The notes under the pieces were generated by a model. It ran no database searches and was not told the origin of the DNA. It saw only the letters and a list, made by a program, of their open reading frames with translations. A stretch of DNA of 64,000 nucleotides. It comes from Gekko japonicus (Eukaryota). Where the stretch lies: the NCBI RefSeq assembly GCF_001447785.1, contig NW_015169173.1, positions 959,182-1,023,181 on the forward strand, read 5' to 3'. The position numbers and the translations under genes are program-made. Shown one piece after another: positions 34,768 to 52,423 of the stretch (within the stretch, counting starts at the first letter, position 1; every line of letters begins with the position of its first letter).

Positions 34768-37700
34768 ATGGCTTTTCCAGAGCCAAAACCAAAGAAACCT
34801 GAACTGCCTAAGAAACTGCTGGGCACATTGCAATGTAAACAGGGAGCTGTCAGAGCTGTAAGGTTCAATGGTGAGTGCATCCTCAATCCTGCACAGTGGA
34901 CATTGGTACATAATTATTAGGGCTAAAGAAGCTGGGAAAGAGAGCCCTTGTTTTATGATCTTCAAGGAAACTGGGATCTATTGTGTGACATGGCCCCAGT
35001 TTTTTTTAGTGATTTGTTAGATCAAGAAAGTTATTGCAGTGGGTGTGGGGAGGTGCTGAGAAAAGGTTTTTGACTGCATGGGAATGGTGCGGTCAGTGTA
35101 ACTCAGATGGATAATATCACAGGCTGGAATGTGACTTGTGGTGTTCTTAGTAATAACAGCTGTGGAAGCACTGCTTGTTGGGAGATGTAGATGTCTGGTA
35201 GCACAGAAATCAGGAAGTAGAAGGGAGGAGATTTGGCCTGGGCCTAGTTTATTTTACTAAGTGATGCTGCATTTGTTTTGTTTTGCTTGTTTAACTTAAA
35301 CAATAAATCTGGTTTTGCACTTAAATTGTACTCAGTAGTTTGATACAACAGTAGTGTAGTGATTCTTAGCCTTTCTTCTTCTCTTTTTCCCCAAGTGGAT
35401 GGGAATTACTGTCTCACTTGTGGCAGTGACAAGTCACTCAAGCTCTGGCACCCCCACAAAGGGACTCTCCTCAAGACATACAGTGGCCATGGCTATGAGG
35501 TACTGGATGCAGCAGGGTAAGAGATGGGAGATAGGGATCAACTTCTGTTACAAAAGGAAAGAACATTTGCTGTGGAACACCATTCAGAAAAACTGAGATG
35601 TTAAACAGTCCCCTTGTTTAGGTTAAGTCACAACTTTTGTCCTTTGTCTGGACCTTTGAGAGGACAGGGCTGTGTATAAAAAGTTGCACTGTTAAAAAGC
35701 TGAATTCTCTGAGTTGTATGTATTGGGCAACTTAAGCAGATGTACATTCATAGGCTTGGATCCTTCTTAGAATTTCCGCAGGTGCACAGAGAGGAGGTAG
35801 GATGATTTTCACTAGTGCCCCCACTCACCCATATGAAACATCAGATTCACCTGTCTCCCAGGAGCAGCATTTTTATGGTTGTTTTGGTCTGTTGCAGAAG
35901 GAAGGAATCTGCAAAAATCGCATCCCTCTTTGTACCTGAAGAAATTATAGGCAGGATCCAATCTCTATTCTTATTTTGAAAAACAGGTTCTATTCCTGCT
36001 ATTTACCAGGTGAAACAGCTGCAAAAGTGGGTGGGACTGTTGTAAGGCAGGGCTGCCCTGATTCATACAAGTGAGTTTTCTACTCAGGGAACAGGAGGAT
36101 TGGTAAGCACCTGGAATTTCCTTAGTCATTGTTGGATCTGTGTTGCACACCTGTGTACCTAGCCCTACTTTCTCAGTTCTTCCTTAGGAGGGAGGGCTCC
36201 ATCTCCTGCAGGAACCATTGGGGGGTTTCTTACCCTCCTGTGGCAGCCATTTTGGGATGGCACTCATCACCCCTTCTCAAAATTCCAAACAAGCTTGCAG
36301 GCTCAAAAGGTCTGGGACCCCTGCCCTAATGCTACCCACTGATCGCCAAAAAAGAAAGTCCTATTTTGCCTTGAAAACTAACAAACTAAATTTAACAAGC
36401 TTGATTAGGTTGAGTCTGTGTCATCAGATACAGTAAAGTGAACTTTCGCTATGCAAGATTCACCAAAAGAAAAAAATATGTGAACAGTGTGTTAAAATGC
36501 CTGGTTTGTAATATAACTGTTCTCTTCCCTCTGTGGGCCCCTCTATATACACATTCAAATCTATTTTTCCTACTTTTGTGACTTTTAAAAAATGGAATCT
36601 AAGTGTCTCTGACAGAATTCTGCACCTACTGCTGAATTCTGTGCTCTCTCAGTTCAGTTGAGAGAGCCCTGGGTCTTGACATCCCTTGAATTAGAGTAGG
36701 AGATGTGGAAGCCCAAGAAATGACATTTCTGTTGCTGCTGTTATCCCTCATCTGTTTCTCTTCTCCCATAGGTCATTTGACAACAGCCAGCTTTGCTCAT
36801 GCGGATCAGACAAGACTGTTGTGCTATGGGATGTGGCAAGAGGGCAGGTGATTCGCAAGTTCCGTGCCCATGCAGGGGTAAGACTTGTTCTGTCCTTTTT
36901 GGGTTTCAGGGAAATGTCTCCACTCTTATTCATAACAAAGTGAATTCCTCTGGACTTGCAATGAGGGTTAATAGCTCTGTACTCTGTCTTGCTAGATCAG
37001 GCTGTGTTAGTGACTTTGTCTCTTTGAAAGCCATCGTCTCAGGAAGCACATGACATAGCTGACCCATTGTCCATTATCATGGGAGAGGTGTGTATGGAGG
37101 AGATAGAGAGTTTTAAGGACAACTTAAACCTTTTGTGGGATTGCCAGGCTACTTAAACTGAGAGACTTGGACAGTGAAACTGAGCATGTAGGTGCAGAGG
37201 GCAGGGGCTGTGACCATCTCCCCCACAAAAAAGATACCAGCTGTTTTGCTAGTTGAGGGTGAAATTAAATAAAAGTTACTCTGTGTTGTCTATGAGAGTA
37301 CTTTGTGTGTCAGTATTGTGGGATGGGAGTAATACTGGAGGCTAGAGCTCTGTGGAAATAACACAAGTATGAAGGGTTGAAGTGATCGGTGAGAAGGCGA
37401 GTAAGAAATAAGTTTTACAAAAGGTCATGCTCAAAAGCATACTTGAGTCAGATTCCCAGGATGAGGAAGTTTATATGTAGCCTTTGGGAAAGCACTTGTC
37501 CCTAATCTCTTCTTTCTGTCTGTTATTGGGCAGAAGGTAAACTGTGTCCAGTTCAGTGAAGAGGCTATGATCTTGTCAGGTAAGGAATGCTTATTTTCTT
37601 GCCAGTTGTTTCCAGATAATTGGTTTTCTTGTTTTACTTAGTTGGGTTTTTTGTTTGTTTGTTTGCTGTCTTGCAGGATCTATTGACTCCAGTATTCGCT

Positions 37701-40700
37701 GCTGGGACTGTCGTTCACGCAGACCAGATTCCATCCAGATACTTGATGAGGCCAAAGATGGCATCTCCAGTCTGAAAGTGTCAGATCATGAAATCCTTAC
37801 AGGATAAAGAGAGGTAAGGTGGAAGAGGTATCTGGAGCTGGAGAAGACAAACTCCGTGCTCTGCTGAGCTCAAGCCAAACTCTCATGGAGCCTATCAAGC
37901 ACTCCCAACCTTTTTGGCTCATCTGTAGTGGGCTATGAGAATGACCCGTATGACCACTATTGGAATACAGCATTCAAAACATTATCTTTTAACATTAAAT
38001 CCTGTAGCGTGTACAGATTTGAGAATTTTTGCTTACTTTTTATGCAGGTCAGTTGCTACTAAATGCTTAGAAATCAGAGGATACAAGTTCACATCAGTGA
38101 ACATCTTTCATGTTTTTGCTGCTGTATTTTTTTGTTACATTCCATTCCAATAAAACTTTGCTTTTAAATTTTTGTTCATATAATAAAACTTTTAATACGA
38201 CAAGCTCATTTAAACACAAAGCTTGATCCAATCCACCATCGGCCCAGCAGCTGCATGACAGGCCTAGTTTCCCCCTCTGTCCACTGTCAAAAACAAATTA
38301 CTTCCAAATTTTAGTTGACAGTACATGGTATTTGTGTACCAAATAGTCTCAGTTTTGTCACTTTCGTCCATCTCCAGGAAGTTTCTCCTTGTTTTCATCT
38401 CTTCACCCATATCCCCTAAAAATTACATGTCATCAATTTTCTGTTTACTAACAATATAGCTATTATTTGGTTTACTTCTTATTCTTAACAGTAATATTTT
38501 TGTACAGTCCTTCTAGTAATAGTAAACAGCCTAGTCCTTGGAGCAAAAATTTTGCTTCCTGGAATGCGCTTTGTTTCTTGTCTTCTGCTTTCAGTTTTAT
38601 CTATTCATTCTTATCCTGTTCTGCTTTGCCATTCATGACAGAGTAGAAAGTTTTCTGTATGTTCAGTGTTCCCTAGTATCAAACCTGTGCCCTGCCCCAA
38701 ATGTACATGCTTAGCTGAAGTCCCCACCATGAGGTAGTGAGAGAAGAACCGAGCAAAAAATTAACAATCCTTTGGCATTCCTTAGTAGTCATTTAGGGGC
38801 TCTCTATCAGTAGGGCCTCACTCCTGCCAGGCCAGCTTTGGAAAATACCTTTTACTCATGTGAGGAATGATTTGAATTGCAGTTTTAGGTGATCAGGGGA
38901 ATAGATATTTTCATTCAGCAAGTGCTGCTGGTCCCTCTTCTTAGTCCCCCTGGGGCCTTTCCCCTTAAACTGCTCAAAATGTTTAAATTGCTCAGAATAT
39001 TTTTTCTCCAAACACACTATCTCCACATGTAGAATTTTTGCAAAATTTGCAATTTATACACACTTGTATAAAGGATGCAAACAGTAAATACATATGGCTC
39101 TTCCCCCATCTCAACAATTAGGGTCTGTAATATTAGAATCAGAGGGCTTACAGTACAGAATTTACTGCCCTGGTTGATTAGCGATGACTCCCTCTCCTTT
39201 CTCAGTTCTGTAGATGGACGTGTCCGACGTTATGACTTACGCGCTGGAGAGCTGTGCTCAGACTATATGGGAAGTGAGTGTGCCGAACTCCATCTGCAAA
39301 TCTGGTGCCTTGTTAGGCGTCTCTGACTCTCCATGTTGTAGAATTGACACTGGCCATTTCTGTTCAATAGACTTGGTACAGATTCAGCTTGAAGGATTGT
39401 TGTGAAGCCACATCTTTGATCTTCGGTCACATGTTGTTCATCGACTCCAGTGGCAGGGCAGAATGCAGCTGACTTGATCCCTGCAAGTTGCTATCCCTGT
39501 CTGTCTCCCTTTGGAATTGTCAGCATTGGGCAAAATGCCATCACAGTCCTAGGAGCACATTACAAAGACTTTGCTCATCCTCTTGCTCCTCCCTACACAC
39601 ACACTTGAAATGATGGAATCCAGCACTGCTATCTTATTACTACAGGTCCCATCACGTGCGTTTGTTTCAGCAAAGATGGACAATGTATGCTGGCTGCTAG
39701 TTTGGACTCCACGCTACACTTGTTGGACAAGGACACAGGCGAGATGCTGGGAGAGTGAGTAATAAATGCAGCAACCCCATTGTTGTCAGGGCAGGATATA
39801 GGGATCATATTAATCCAGTGCTGAAAGATTTGCACTGCTTTTTCTAAATAAACCAATAATAAATATTGTGATTCTGGTCTAATGTTGTTCCCCAAGTATC
39901 TTGACTCAAGGAAACTGCAGTTGTACCAGATGGGCTGCTGGGGAGAGCCTGGCTGTTCTGTATGGGAGAAATGTTCTTCTCATTCTCTTCTGAATCCCCC
40001 CCCCCCAAAAAAAAATGTCTCTAGATACACAGGCCACAAGAACGTAGCCTACAAGATGGACTACTGCCTGAGATACGCATATTGGGAGCTGCTCTGAGGA
40101 TGGCAAAGTGTATTTCTGGGACCTGGTTGAGGTGAGCATAATTGCCCAGGGACATCGTGTGCATTCTTCACAGGCACCCCTGTGATTTCTCTTTGCCTCA
40201 TGCCAGCAGACCTATAGATATCATTGTGTGCTATGGAATCTATAGAGAATGAATTCCCCTCAGGTGGACAGGGTAATATTTAACCCTGGAGAAAGAAACT
40301 GACAGTCTCTCCCCCCACACTACCCATTAGTCATGGTCTGTGGAAAATGACACATTTCTACTCCTTAGCCTGGTTGAGAGAAGGAATAGTAGGTGGTTTG
40401 TCTGGCCTTAGCTGTCTTGGGAGGGCTGCTAACAACATAAGCAGGCTGGCAGCAGAGTTGGTGCAGAATATTTTTAATCCTAGGAGTTGCCAATCATCCA
40501 CCTGTTGGGTTACAAAGAACTTTATTGTGGGTAAAGCCTTGCCAAATGCTCAGTTTTGATCGATGCAGGGCAAATAACATTTCGGTAGCCAGCGAGGTTC
40601 ATGCACAAGTGTGCATCACTTCTGTTGCTGGGCATTTCTTTCCTTGTCATTGAATGTGTTAAACTTGGATGCTCCTTCCCAATCTTGCTTGTTCAGCGAT

Positions 40701-41224
40701 AACAATGACTCTGCTTGGCTCTCTTCATTTTGTAAAATTATAGGGGGAAGAGAGAGGTGATAGTGTTGTGTGTCCTGGGCTTACTTTTGCCATGTTGAGC
40801 CTCTTGCAGCATTAATGGGTGGTGATCTCTTCTAGTGTGTAAGCAATGCAACCGCACTGTAGATGGGACTCTCAAGTTAAGTCTCTGTGAGAAAGGTGGA
40901 CTATACATGAGGTAAATACTCCAGGTCTGGTGGCAGAGGGACTGGGGCATGTATATCCTCCAGAGTTCTTGTCTTCCTAATGTCTGCAACTGTTCTCTCT
41001 CATCATAGGGATCCCTGGCTACGAGCTCACCTGTGAGTAACAGTGCTGTCCAGTCTCTGTCCTTCCACCCAACTGAGGCTGGCTTGCTCACTGTGGCAGA
41101 GGGCCTTGTGCAGCTTTGGAGGGAGGAGTCGTGCATGGCAGAGGAGGAAGGCCCGCCTGCTCGATCTTCATCGCTAGCTCGATGGAACAGAGAACTCCAG
41201 ATGCAGGGATTTGAGATGCTCTAA
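34768..41224 (+). pseudogene. WDR83: WDR83 (MORG1), disrupted. Exons 34768-34870, 35396-35516, 36772-36877, 37534-37579, 37677-37803, 39206-39273, 39646-39754, 40025-40131, 41009-41224
   Basis: Starts MAFPEPKPKKPELPKKLLGTLQCKQGAVRAVRFNVDGNYCLTCGSDK and all nine coding exons are traceable. The donor after exon 5 is AT instead of GT. Exon 8 is 8 nt short, giving TGA at 40095-40097. Exon 4 lacks one codon. Confidence 0.92.
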
Positions 41225-44200
41225 CATACCTTTCATGCGAAGCATCACATTGTGCTCAACTGTCTCTGGAAAGGGGTGTAGCATCAGACTAGGACTATTC
41301 ACACACTAGACGTCACGTCTTCAAGAGGGCTAGCCCTTTTATGCCTTTTGGTGGTTTAAGAAGAGAGGCTTCTTTCTCTGCTAAAGTTGAAATATGTCCT
41401 ACCTCTTCGGGCTGTCACTTTGCAATTCCCTGTATTACAACTACTAATTCAAGCGTAATGTTCCACAAGGGTAGCCATGTTAGTCTGTTACAGGAAAATT
41501 GACCAGGAGCCCAGTGGCACCTTAGACACTAACAGTCTAAATTCCTGTATAAGCTTTTGTGGCTCAGAACTCACCACCAAATGTGATAACATGACTGTGA
41601 CTCAAGACAGCTTATGCTGAAATATATATTATTAGTCTTCAAGGTAGCACTGGGCTCCTGCTTAGTCCCTCTTTGTGATGGGTTTTATTCTTGAGTCATG
41701 CTGCAGCAAAGTAACTTGGTTAAAGTCAAAACACAGAAGCCCTATTAACTAGGTTAATACAACTAACAGTACACATGCATTCCTTTGTATGACTTTTCAC
41801 AATTCATGAGTTTAATATGCTAGAGAATGCAAGAGTTGTGTTTCAGCTGCAGCTGCTTAGAACCATCCCTTTCATTAAATGGTTGCGGTATTAAAATGGG
41901 CAGAAGGAAACAACCTCTGTGCTTTGGGTACTTGGGTACACACCATGGTGTAGTTTTCTGCATAATTTTAAATGTATTGTCTCAGTGCTACAGATAATTT
42001 TGCTGTGTTAATATGCTACATTTTTGTATTTTAACAATACTAATCAAAAATCAAACTGTTCATGGGGCAGAGAATAATTTTTCTGTGGTGGAATTCAAAT
42101 CCTTCCTGTTTCCCACGTGAGGTAGTGTGGAGATGACAGGGATGTCTTCTATTAATCTGTAATTGTATATTTTCCCTTGCTTCACAAAAAATCCTGGAGG
42201 TGTTCTTCTCTCTTCCAGGCTTTCCCTCTGCCAAATGTGTTGTCTGAGTGATATGGTTGGAGTAGCCATACTTCCTTCCCTGTGTGCATTTGCCTGTCCA
42301 AAGGGTATGAATTTGCAGGAAAGCATTCTTCTGCCATCTGTAGTGTTCCCAGGTGTGTGGGAATTAGAGGGATTCCACATAGAGTGATGGGTCCTGTGCT
42401 TTTGTTCCTTCCCATGTTTTATAGGTGGTGGGGATATGATGGGAGGCATGCCAGCTTCCATATGTTGTGCTTCATCAAAACATTATCCCACCTTTCTTGC
42501 CACAAACAGTAACTCAAGGAGGCATACAAAGCTAGCAAACCAAGAATATCCACAAATTTTAAAACACTGTAAAAATTTAATCGGCACCACAGGATAGATC
42601 TCATTCTTTAGATTCCAGGCAATCCACTACAACTTTCTGGGTACACCCAATGGAAAAAAAATACTAACACTATTTCATCTCAGTACCTTTTAAACAGTCT
42701 CCAGGTGCAAGGTGCCAAAATAATATAGAATGGTCTGTGTAAAAAGCTGCCTAAAGATACCTTCTGGCCACAACTGAAACTCATCCCAGCAACTACCGGC
42801 CAGAACTCTGAGAACATTCTTTGATTGTCATGAAGAAGTAGTGGCATCCCAGATCAAAAGAAATGTGAACAATTTTTTCAGCGTTTTCTTCTAAAATACT
42901 GTGAGCAGCAGGTAGGATTTCTCACTTTCTGCAAAGTACCCAGTAGAACCACAGCAGCACAAGTATGGCCTTTGATACCCGTTGGTGCCCCATGCAAAAT
43001 GGGAACGGCGACACCACAAGCTCACTGGGCCCCTTTCTAGTTTCTGTTTTGCATTTTTAGCCTGCCCTGGAACAGCAGACACTGTGTGTGTGTGTGTTTT
43101 TTTCTCCTATTCCATTTTGCCTTGTGAGGTGGGTTAGGCTTAGAAAGAGCTGGGCCCAGGCCATGGCCCAGAAGGGTTTTGAACCGAGTTTTCCTTGGTC
43201 TCAGTCCAACACTCCAGCCACTGCACCACACTAATGCTCTTTTCAGATCTCTGAGTTTCATCAAATGCCCAGTTTTGTAAACTGCCAGTATTGACCATAA
43301 CTCAGATACACAAACATCAGAAACAGCAGATTGTAAAATTATTAGATTAACAGCTCATCTATAACCCATCAGTGTTTTCAAAGACACTGTTCCTAGTAGA
43401 AAACCTGTATTTGGGGAGCTGTATGTAAGGTGGAAAGCAAGTTGGATGGCTTGGCAGAATTTAAGGAAGGAAATACAATTTGGGGGAACCTGAACTTTGA
43501 CACGAATAGGAATTTCCATTTCAAAGGAAAGTGTTCAAAAACAGCTGAGTTGTTATAGAATCTGATTCCTATTGGTAATTTTCTTCTTCTGAACCTAGCC
43601 AGTTTATAGTTTCCTCTGCTGTACTGTATTTTTAATTGTTGTTCTACATTGATAGTGCCACAGATGGTTGTGTTTTTCTTGTAATCGTTTAGGTAATGTA
43701 TCTAGGTTCAGAGCCGCATATGACAAGGTAACTTATTTTATGTTAGCAGGTATCCCAGCATAGCCTATATGCTTGCACAACAGTGGGCCAGAAATTAATC
43801 ACAGGTGGCACAACTGGACAGCTCAGCGGATTGCAGTATACCCTGGAAGGAGCTTCCTGGCATGTTTCATCACATTGTTTGAACCAGTTCTCCAGGGTTG
43901 GGAAAACAGTGCTGTCCAGTCAATGTCATTGTTCTCAACTGGAGATACTTCATTCCAGGGACATCTACATAGCACCTTGGCTTTTAGACAAAAATATTAT
44001 TCCTTAATTTAAAAAGAAAAGTGTGCACATTTTAAAATAGCATAAATTAAAAATAAAATTGGTTATTCCAGTGTTGAATTAATGACAATGGTTCAAATTT
44101 TAAGAGCAGCTGAAATATACTTGGCAACAGCCAGAGTGATGAGAATTTCATTTGCAGACTGGAGATTATGTGATAATCATCTGGACTGTTGGGGAACGTT

Positions 44201-45736
44201 ACAAGAAAGGGGGTTATCAGAAGAGCTCTTAATTTACCATAGAATTTTCATGAAAGTTTTCAGGGATCCGAAAGCCCTGTGGACAGATCCTTTAGCCATA
44301 TGAAGTCTTAGAGAATCTATCACATAGGTCTAAAAATTGTAGAAATGATGCCACACATCTGGGAGTACCAAACAACGCTTAAAGAAAAGATGATTGGATG
44401 ACTTCCATAGTGGACCCAGAAGCCTGGGTCTAAATGGGGACCCCATATAGGAGTTGGTGTGTAATTTTGCCTGAAACACCTGTACAATCGATGTGTCAGC
44501 TGCCAAGTGGATCTAGTACTTATTAAGATACAGGAGGAGTAAGGAAACCATGAGAGAGGCTTGAAATAGTAAACCTAGATAATTAAGCAAAGAAACCAAC
44601 AAGAGTTATGCAAAGGATGTTGGGAAGAAACCAGTAGGCATGCAATTAACTTCTGCATAAACCTTGAAGTGCTATTAACACAGAGAGGGGGAATACAGCC
44701 TAGTTTTCCATGCCATTGCTCTGATCTGGGGTCTCATGCTAGTGTTCCATGTGCTGGAAAAGTGCAAAACCTACAGTAAGATACTTTTGGAACTCCAGCT
44801 TCTAGCCCTAGCTCTGTTGGAAACTGCCTCTTAATTCAGGTTATCTCCCCTAAGGAGTGTTACAGATTTGCCTTCACTCATCACCCGGGAACAAGAGGGG
44901 GATCAGCACCAAAGCCACACGACTTATCAACCTGCCCTCTTGTCCTTGTTACAGTCGATACTATTTTTAAATTGGATGACATTTTGCAGCCTAAAGAGCA
45001 ACAGAGTTCAAAGGAATCAAAGGTCATTGGGCACTAGAGGAAGATCTATTGACTAGCTGGCAGCTATTGCTACAGAAGTGAACAACACAGAGAAAATTCT
45101 TCCCTCGCAGAATTCAAGAAGTGAGGCACAGCTACTGAAGGCCAGGGGTTGCCTTCCATACTCTCAAGGTGAGTGGCCAGTTTTCCCCCCAATTGCTGTC
45201 CAAACTTAGGGAATACTAAGAAGGTAACAAGGTTCACTCCAGGTTAAGGCTAGACAAAAGAAAAGGAGTCTCATATCTTTTTCTGTACCTCTAATAAAAG
45301 AATGGGTGGGTACAAAGGCTGGCTTCTTGCTTTTGAATCGCAGCAGAATGTTAAACAGTGCAGTTTGTGATGCTAGGACCACTGGGTTTAAGAGATCATT
45401 GCTTTTGTCTTGCCTCTTCGGAAAGTTCCAACAGCTGAAAAGGCGAAGAAGATGTGACCAGTGTCTGGATTCTGACACCAACTCTATCACTCAGTGTCTG
45501 CCTGCTCAATGTTTGGCACAGGCATGCTTCAAGCTCTGTAAAAGGTTCTGTTTTAGGGGGAAGCAGGTTATTAGGGAACCAGGAAAGAGAAAGACAGGCA
45601 GCCCACAAGCCCAAAACTGCTGCTTCCCAATAGCAAGGCAGAGATACCGGGTGGCAACTGAAGGTTACCTTTGGCCTCATGCCGATTGTCCTGTTGCTGT
45701 TCCAGGCTGTCTGCCCTACTGAAGACTCTTGTTCTG

Positions 45737-48772
<3,036 letters not shown>

Positions 48773-50044
48773 TTGCTGCTATTCACAGGTCTTACCAACT
48801 GCTTTAATCCAATCTTAGCTATACTTATCGCTCAATTATTTATGCATCTTGACTCCAACGAGCCCTTCATGGCAACTAACTCCCCCCCTCACCTATATGT
48901 AAGGCTTGAGGAAGTCTGTTTCAATGTATCTGAAGAAGTGTGCATGCACACAAAAAGCTTATACCCAGAATTAAACTTGTTGGTCTTAAAGGTGCCACTG
49001 GACTCAAACTTAGTTCTCACATCTGTTTGTTAACTTTTTAATTTGTATTTATTCGTATGCTAATTTGCTGCTATTCACAGGTCTTATCAGCTGCTTTAAT
49101 CCTATCTTAGCAATACTTATAGTTCAGTTACATATGCATCTTGACTCCAATTAGTCCTTCCTGGCAACTCACCTGCCAGAGCGTTACTCTCAGGAAATAA
49201 CTTCCTGGTGGTCCCCGGCCGAAGAGAAGTCCAGCTGTCCTTGGCCAGGGCTTTCTCAGCCCTGGCCCCCGCCTGGTGGAAGGCTCCGCCTGAAGACATC
49301 CATGCCCTGCCGGAGTTGTTACCATTCCACAGGGCATGTAAGGCAGAGATGTTCCGCTGGGCCTTCGGCTGAGGACAGTGGCAGGCGCCCTTTGGCACTC
49401 TCATATATTTTCCCATCCCTTGAAACTCCTCCCCCCAGGGAGGCTGGGGAGTCAGCACATGCAGGTGTATGGGAAGATATCCTAGCTATACAGTTCAGCT
49501 CTTTTCATCATACCCCATCTCTCTGGCCATACAAAAGAGAGGAAACAGAATCATTCCCAATCCCTCTACTCCAGCAGTGGCTATGGAAAGGCAAGATGGC
49601 CAGCCTCCAACCTTCAGCCACTCAGTTAGGTTAACGGTTTGAGTGCTTCACCCACCGCCTCCTTAAAAACCATTATCATAGAAATGGTTGTGCATCTACT
49701 AGCTGTGCACGAATAACTGCCAGGAGACAGTGGGATGAGTGGTTTTCTTTTTTTGGGGGGGGGAGAAATGACACAAATTGTTATTATGGTTATTTCCTTA
49801 GGGTTCTTCCTCTTTCTCTCTGCTGCCTGTGGATGTATTTCCCATTTTCTTTTTATGTGCTTTCACCAACATGCCATGACTAAAATCATGCTCAAACTTT
49901 ATTAAAAGGCCTGCAAGGTTTCAGTCTTGACTTGAGATGAATCACTAAAACCTGTTCCACAGCTCCAGGAAAGAGTCCCAATGGGCTGCCACCTATCAAG
50001 CAGACAGGACTGCTTCAGAATGACAGTGAACAAAAGGAATATAG

Positions 50045-50337
50045 CAGGGGTGGCCAAACGGTGGCTCGTTCACATGTATTGTGCTGCTCCCGGCAGGGTG
50101 GCTGGGGAAGCTAAAAATCATTAGCAAACAAATATCACTGGACAAATAAATATCATTATCAATATCTGCTTTTACCACTTTTGTTATTATTTTTGGCAGG
50201 CTCATTTAATGTTAATAAAAAGCAAATTTGCATATTTACCAGTAAAGACATGTAATATTTGTTCATATCTTGTGGCTCTCAAACATTTGACATTTATTCT
50301 ATGTGGCTCTTACATCAAGCAGGTTTGACCACCCCTG
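50045..50337. mobile_element. hAT MITE with a perfect 8-bp target-site duplication
   Basis: TIRs CAGGGGTGGCCAAAC...GTTTGACCACCCCTG, flanked by GAATATAG on both sides. Confidence 0.9.
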
Positions 50338-52423
50338 GAATATAGCCATACTGTGCCTCATCTGCACTGTTGGGGGAATAATTTACTGAACTATTGGGTT
50401 GCATTAGACTTAGTTCAATCATCTGTCTTAAATAGCTGCATACCTGGGTGCTTCACTTGCAAACCTATAAGGGATATTTGTGATATTTTACTTCTTCATT
50501 CCAGTAATTCCTAAGATATAGGACACAGCCACAACCTGAAACTACGCTGTTCTCCTATGTTAGTCAACAGTTGATGACTCCATGAGCAGGGCTTTACATA
50601 ATCTGCAAAACATACCTCTTAGATCAGTTGTCAGACTAGGAAAATGATTACAAGTACTTTCATCAATGGCTAGGTGAAAGTACCAGTTTCCCCCTCTCAT
50701 CTGAGACATAACAATCACATTGCCTTAAGCCTAAAATACTGCATGGTACTATACTTGTAATGTATTTTTCAATCTGAATGATGCAAAATGCACAAGCAAA
50801 TTTTGTTAAGAGTATTGCACTACCAGGAGCCTACTACATCAAGTGAACTGTATGTACAGTACAGAGAAGGTGTCAAAGTCCATAAGCCAGCTGTACCCTA
50901 CATCCTTAAAAAAACAAACCTCCCTTTCCTGTGTGTTTTTCAGATCAACCAAGCAGGGATGCACTAATGGTACAAGATTCTAGGTGCTCAGGTTGTCTCA
51001 TGGAAGCCAGAGAACTGGGCAAGCTGTGCCTGCCTGCCTGGGGTCAGGGAAGAAGCATGGCAACCGTCTGTTCTCATGAGCAAGGTCCCAAATGTAGTAT
51101 GGGGATGGCAGAGAGAATCTTTGTCAGAGAATCCATGATGGCTTTCAGTGCAATTAAGTATACTTCCTTGGCCAAACTAACTCTTTACTCTGTGTTTGCA
51201 TAACAAAGTATGTAGACAGATATTTATTGCATTTTCATGCTGTTTTGGAATTATTTTCCTCATAAGAAGATTCATCTGGGCTACCTTTTTTGGGGGGGGG
51301 GGGGACTAGGCTGGCTCAGCTATGAAAAAGTAAATGAGCTCAGTATCCTAGAGAATTTTAAGGATTAGTGTACATTTGTACTTAGTCAGCTTTCAGGAGT
51401 GGGTTTTTAAAGATTGTAATAAAAGCCCTGGCAAGGGATAGAGCTAATACACCAACAAAAATATAAAATATGTATAAAAAGGATTCTAGTACACAATGTG
51501 CTTAAAATATACATATGTGCTTTTGAATAATTTCCACATGCAGTTACCAACACTTGGCCCGGGGAGAGCTCAAAAAATGAAGCAAGCAGAGATGGATAAA
51601 TCCAGTAGCATTATTTGTCTTGTGCATTTGTATCACAACTGCAATACTTGTTACATTCCACAGATCTGAAAGGAATGTGCATCCAAATAAGTGGCTCAGA
51701 AGTGCCTCCTTAATCTCTGCCCTATTAAAGCTGGCTTGAAAAATGTGCTGGTACAGAAATAACAGAGCTGATCAGAAAAACTGCACAGCCAAGTTCTTCC
51801 ATACATTAAGTCTCATTTCTAAACCAAGAACCACAAGACAGCGGCTTTAGAAAAGCAGGTTAAGAGCCATGAGAAATAAACAGTGCACCACCACCACAGA
51901 TCAGCCACCACAAGAGAACATCTTTAATTAAACTGTAAACATGGATCAGGGTTTGGTGGCTACAGGGTCATTTTTGCCTGATTGCACACTCCAGCCTCTA
52001 TGCCGCCCCTCCACCTCCTCTTGTTCAAGCTGATGGTCCCAGGACTAGAGCTGTGCCTGGAATGTTGCAGCTATTCGGCTGCAGTTTGCCTCACCCACCA
52101 CGTGACTCAACTGGCAGCTCTCCTCTGGAATGTGCAGCCAACTTAGCAGTGAGTGTCCACCCAGGAGAGGCAGAGTGTACCAAGTGAGCACCATGCTAGG
52201 GAGACACAGTAGCTGGCAGCAGGGGGCTTGGATGTGCACTGATGCACTAATCTGTGTAAGCCCCTGGGACAAGCTCAGGCTGAACCTCACAGATACACAG
52301 AGCATACAAAAAGAACCAAAATCTCCACAGGCACCGGGACGCTAGTCCCTGACAGGAGGTTGTCCGAGACACAGAACTTAGCACCCTTGTAGTTGGAGGC
52401 ATGGATCAGTAACTGACTCTTCA

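Noticed and set aside
37804-39205. U12 AT-AC intron explaining the AT donor in WDR83
   Set aside because: The donor is ATAAAG rather than ATATCCT and the acceptor is AG.
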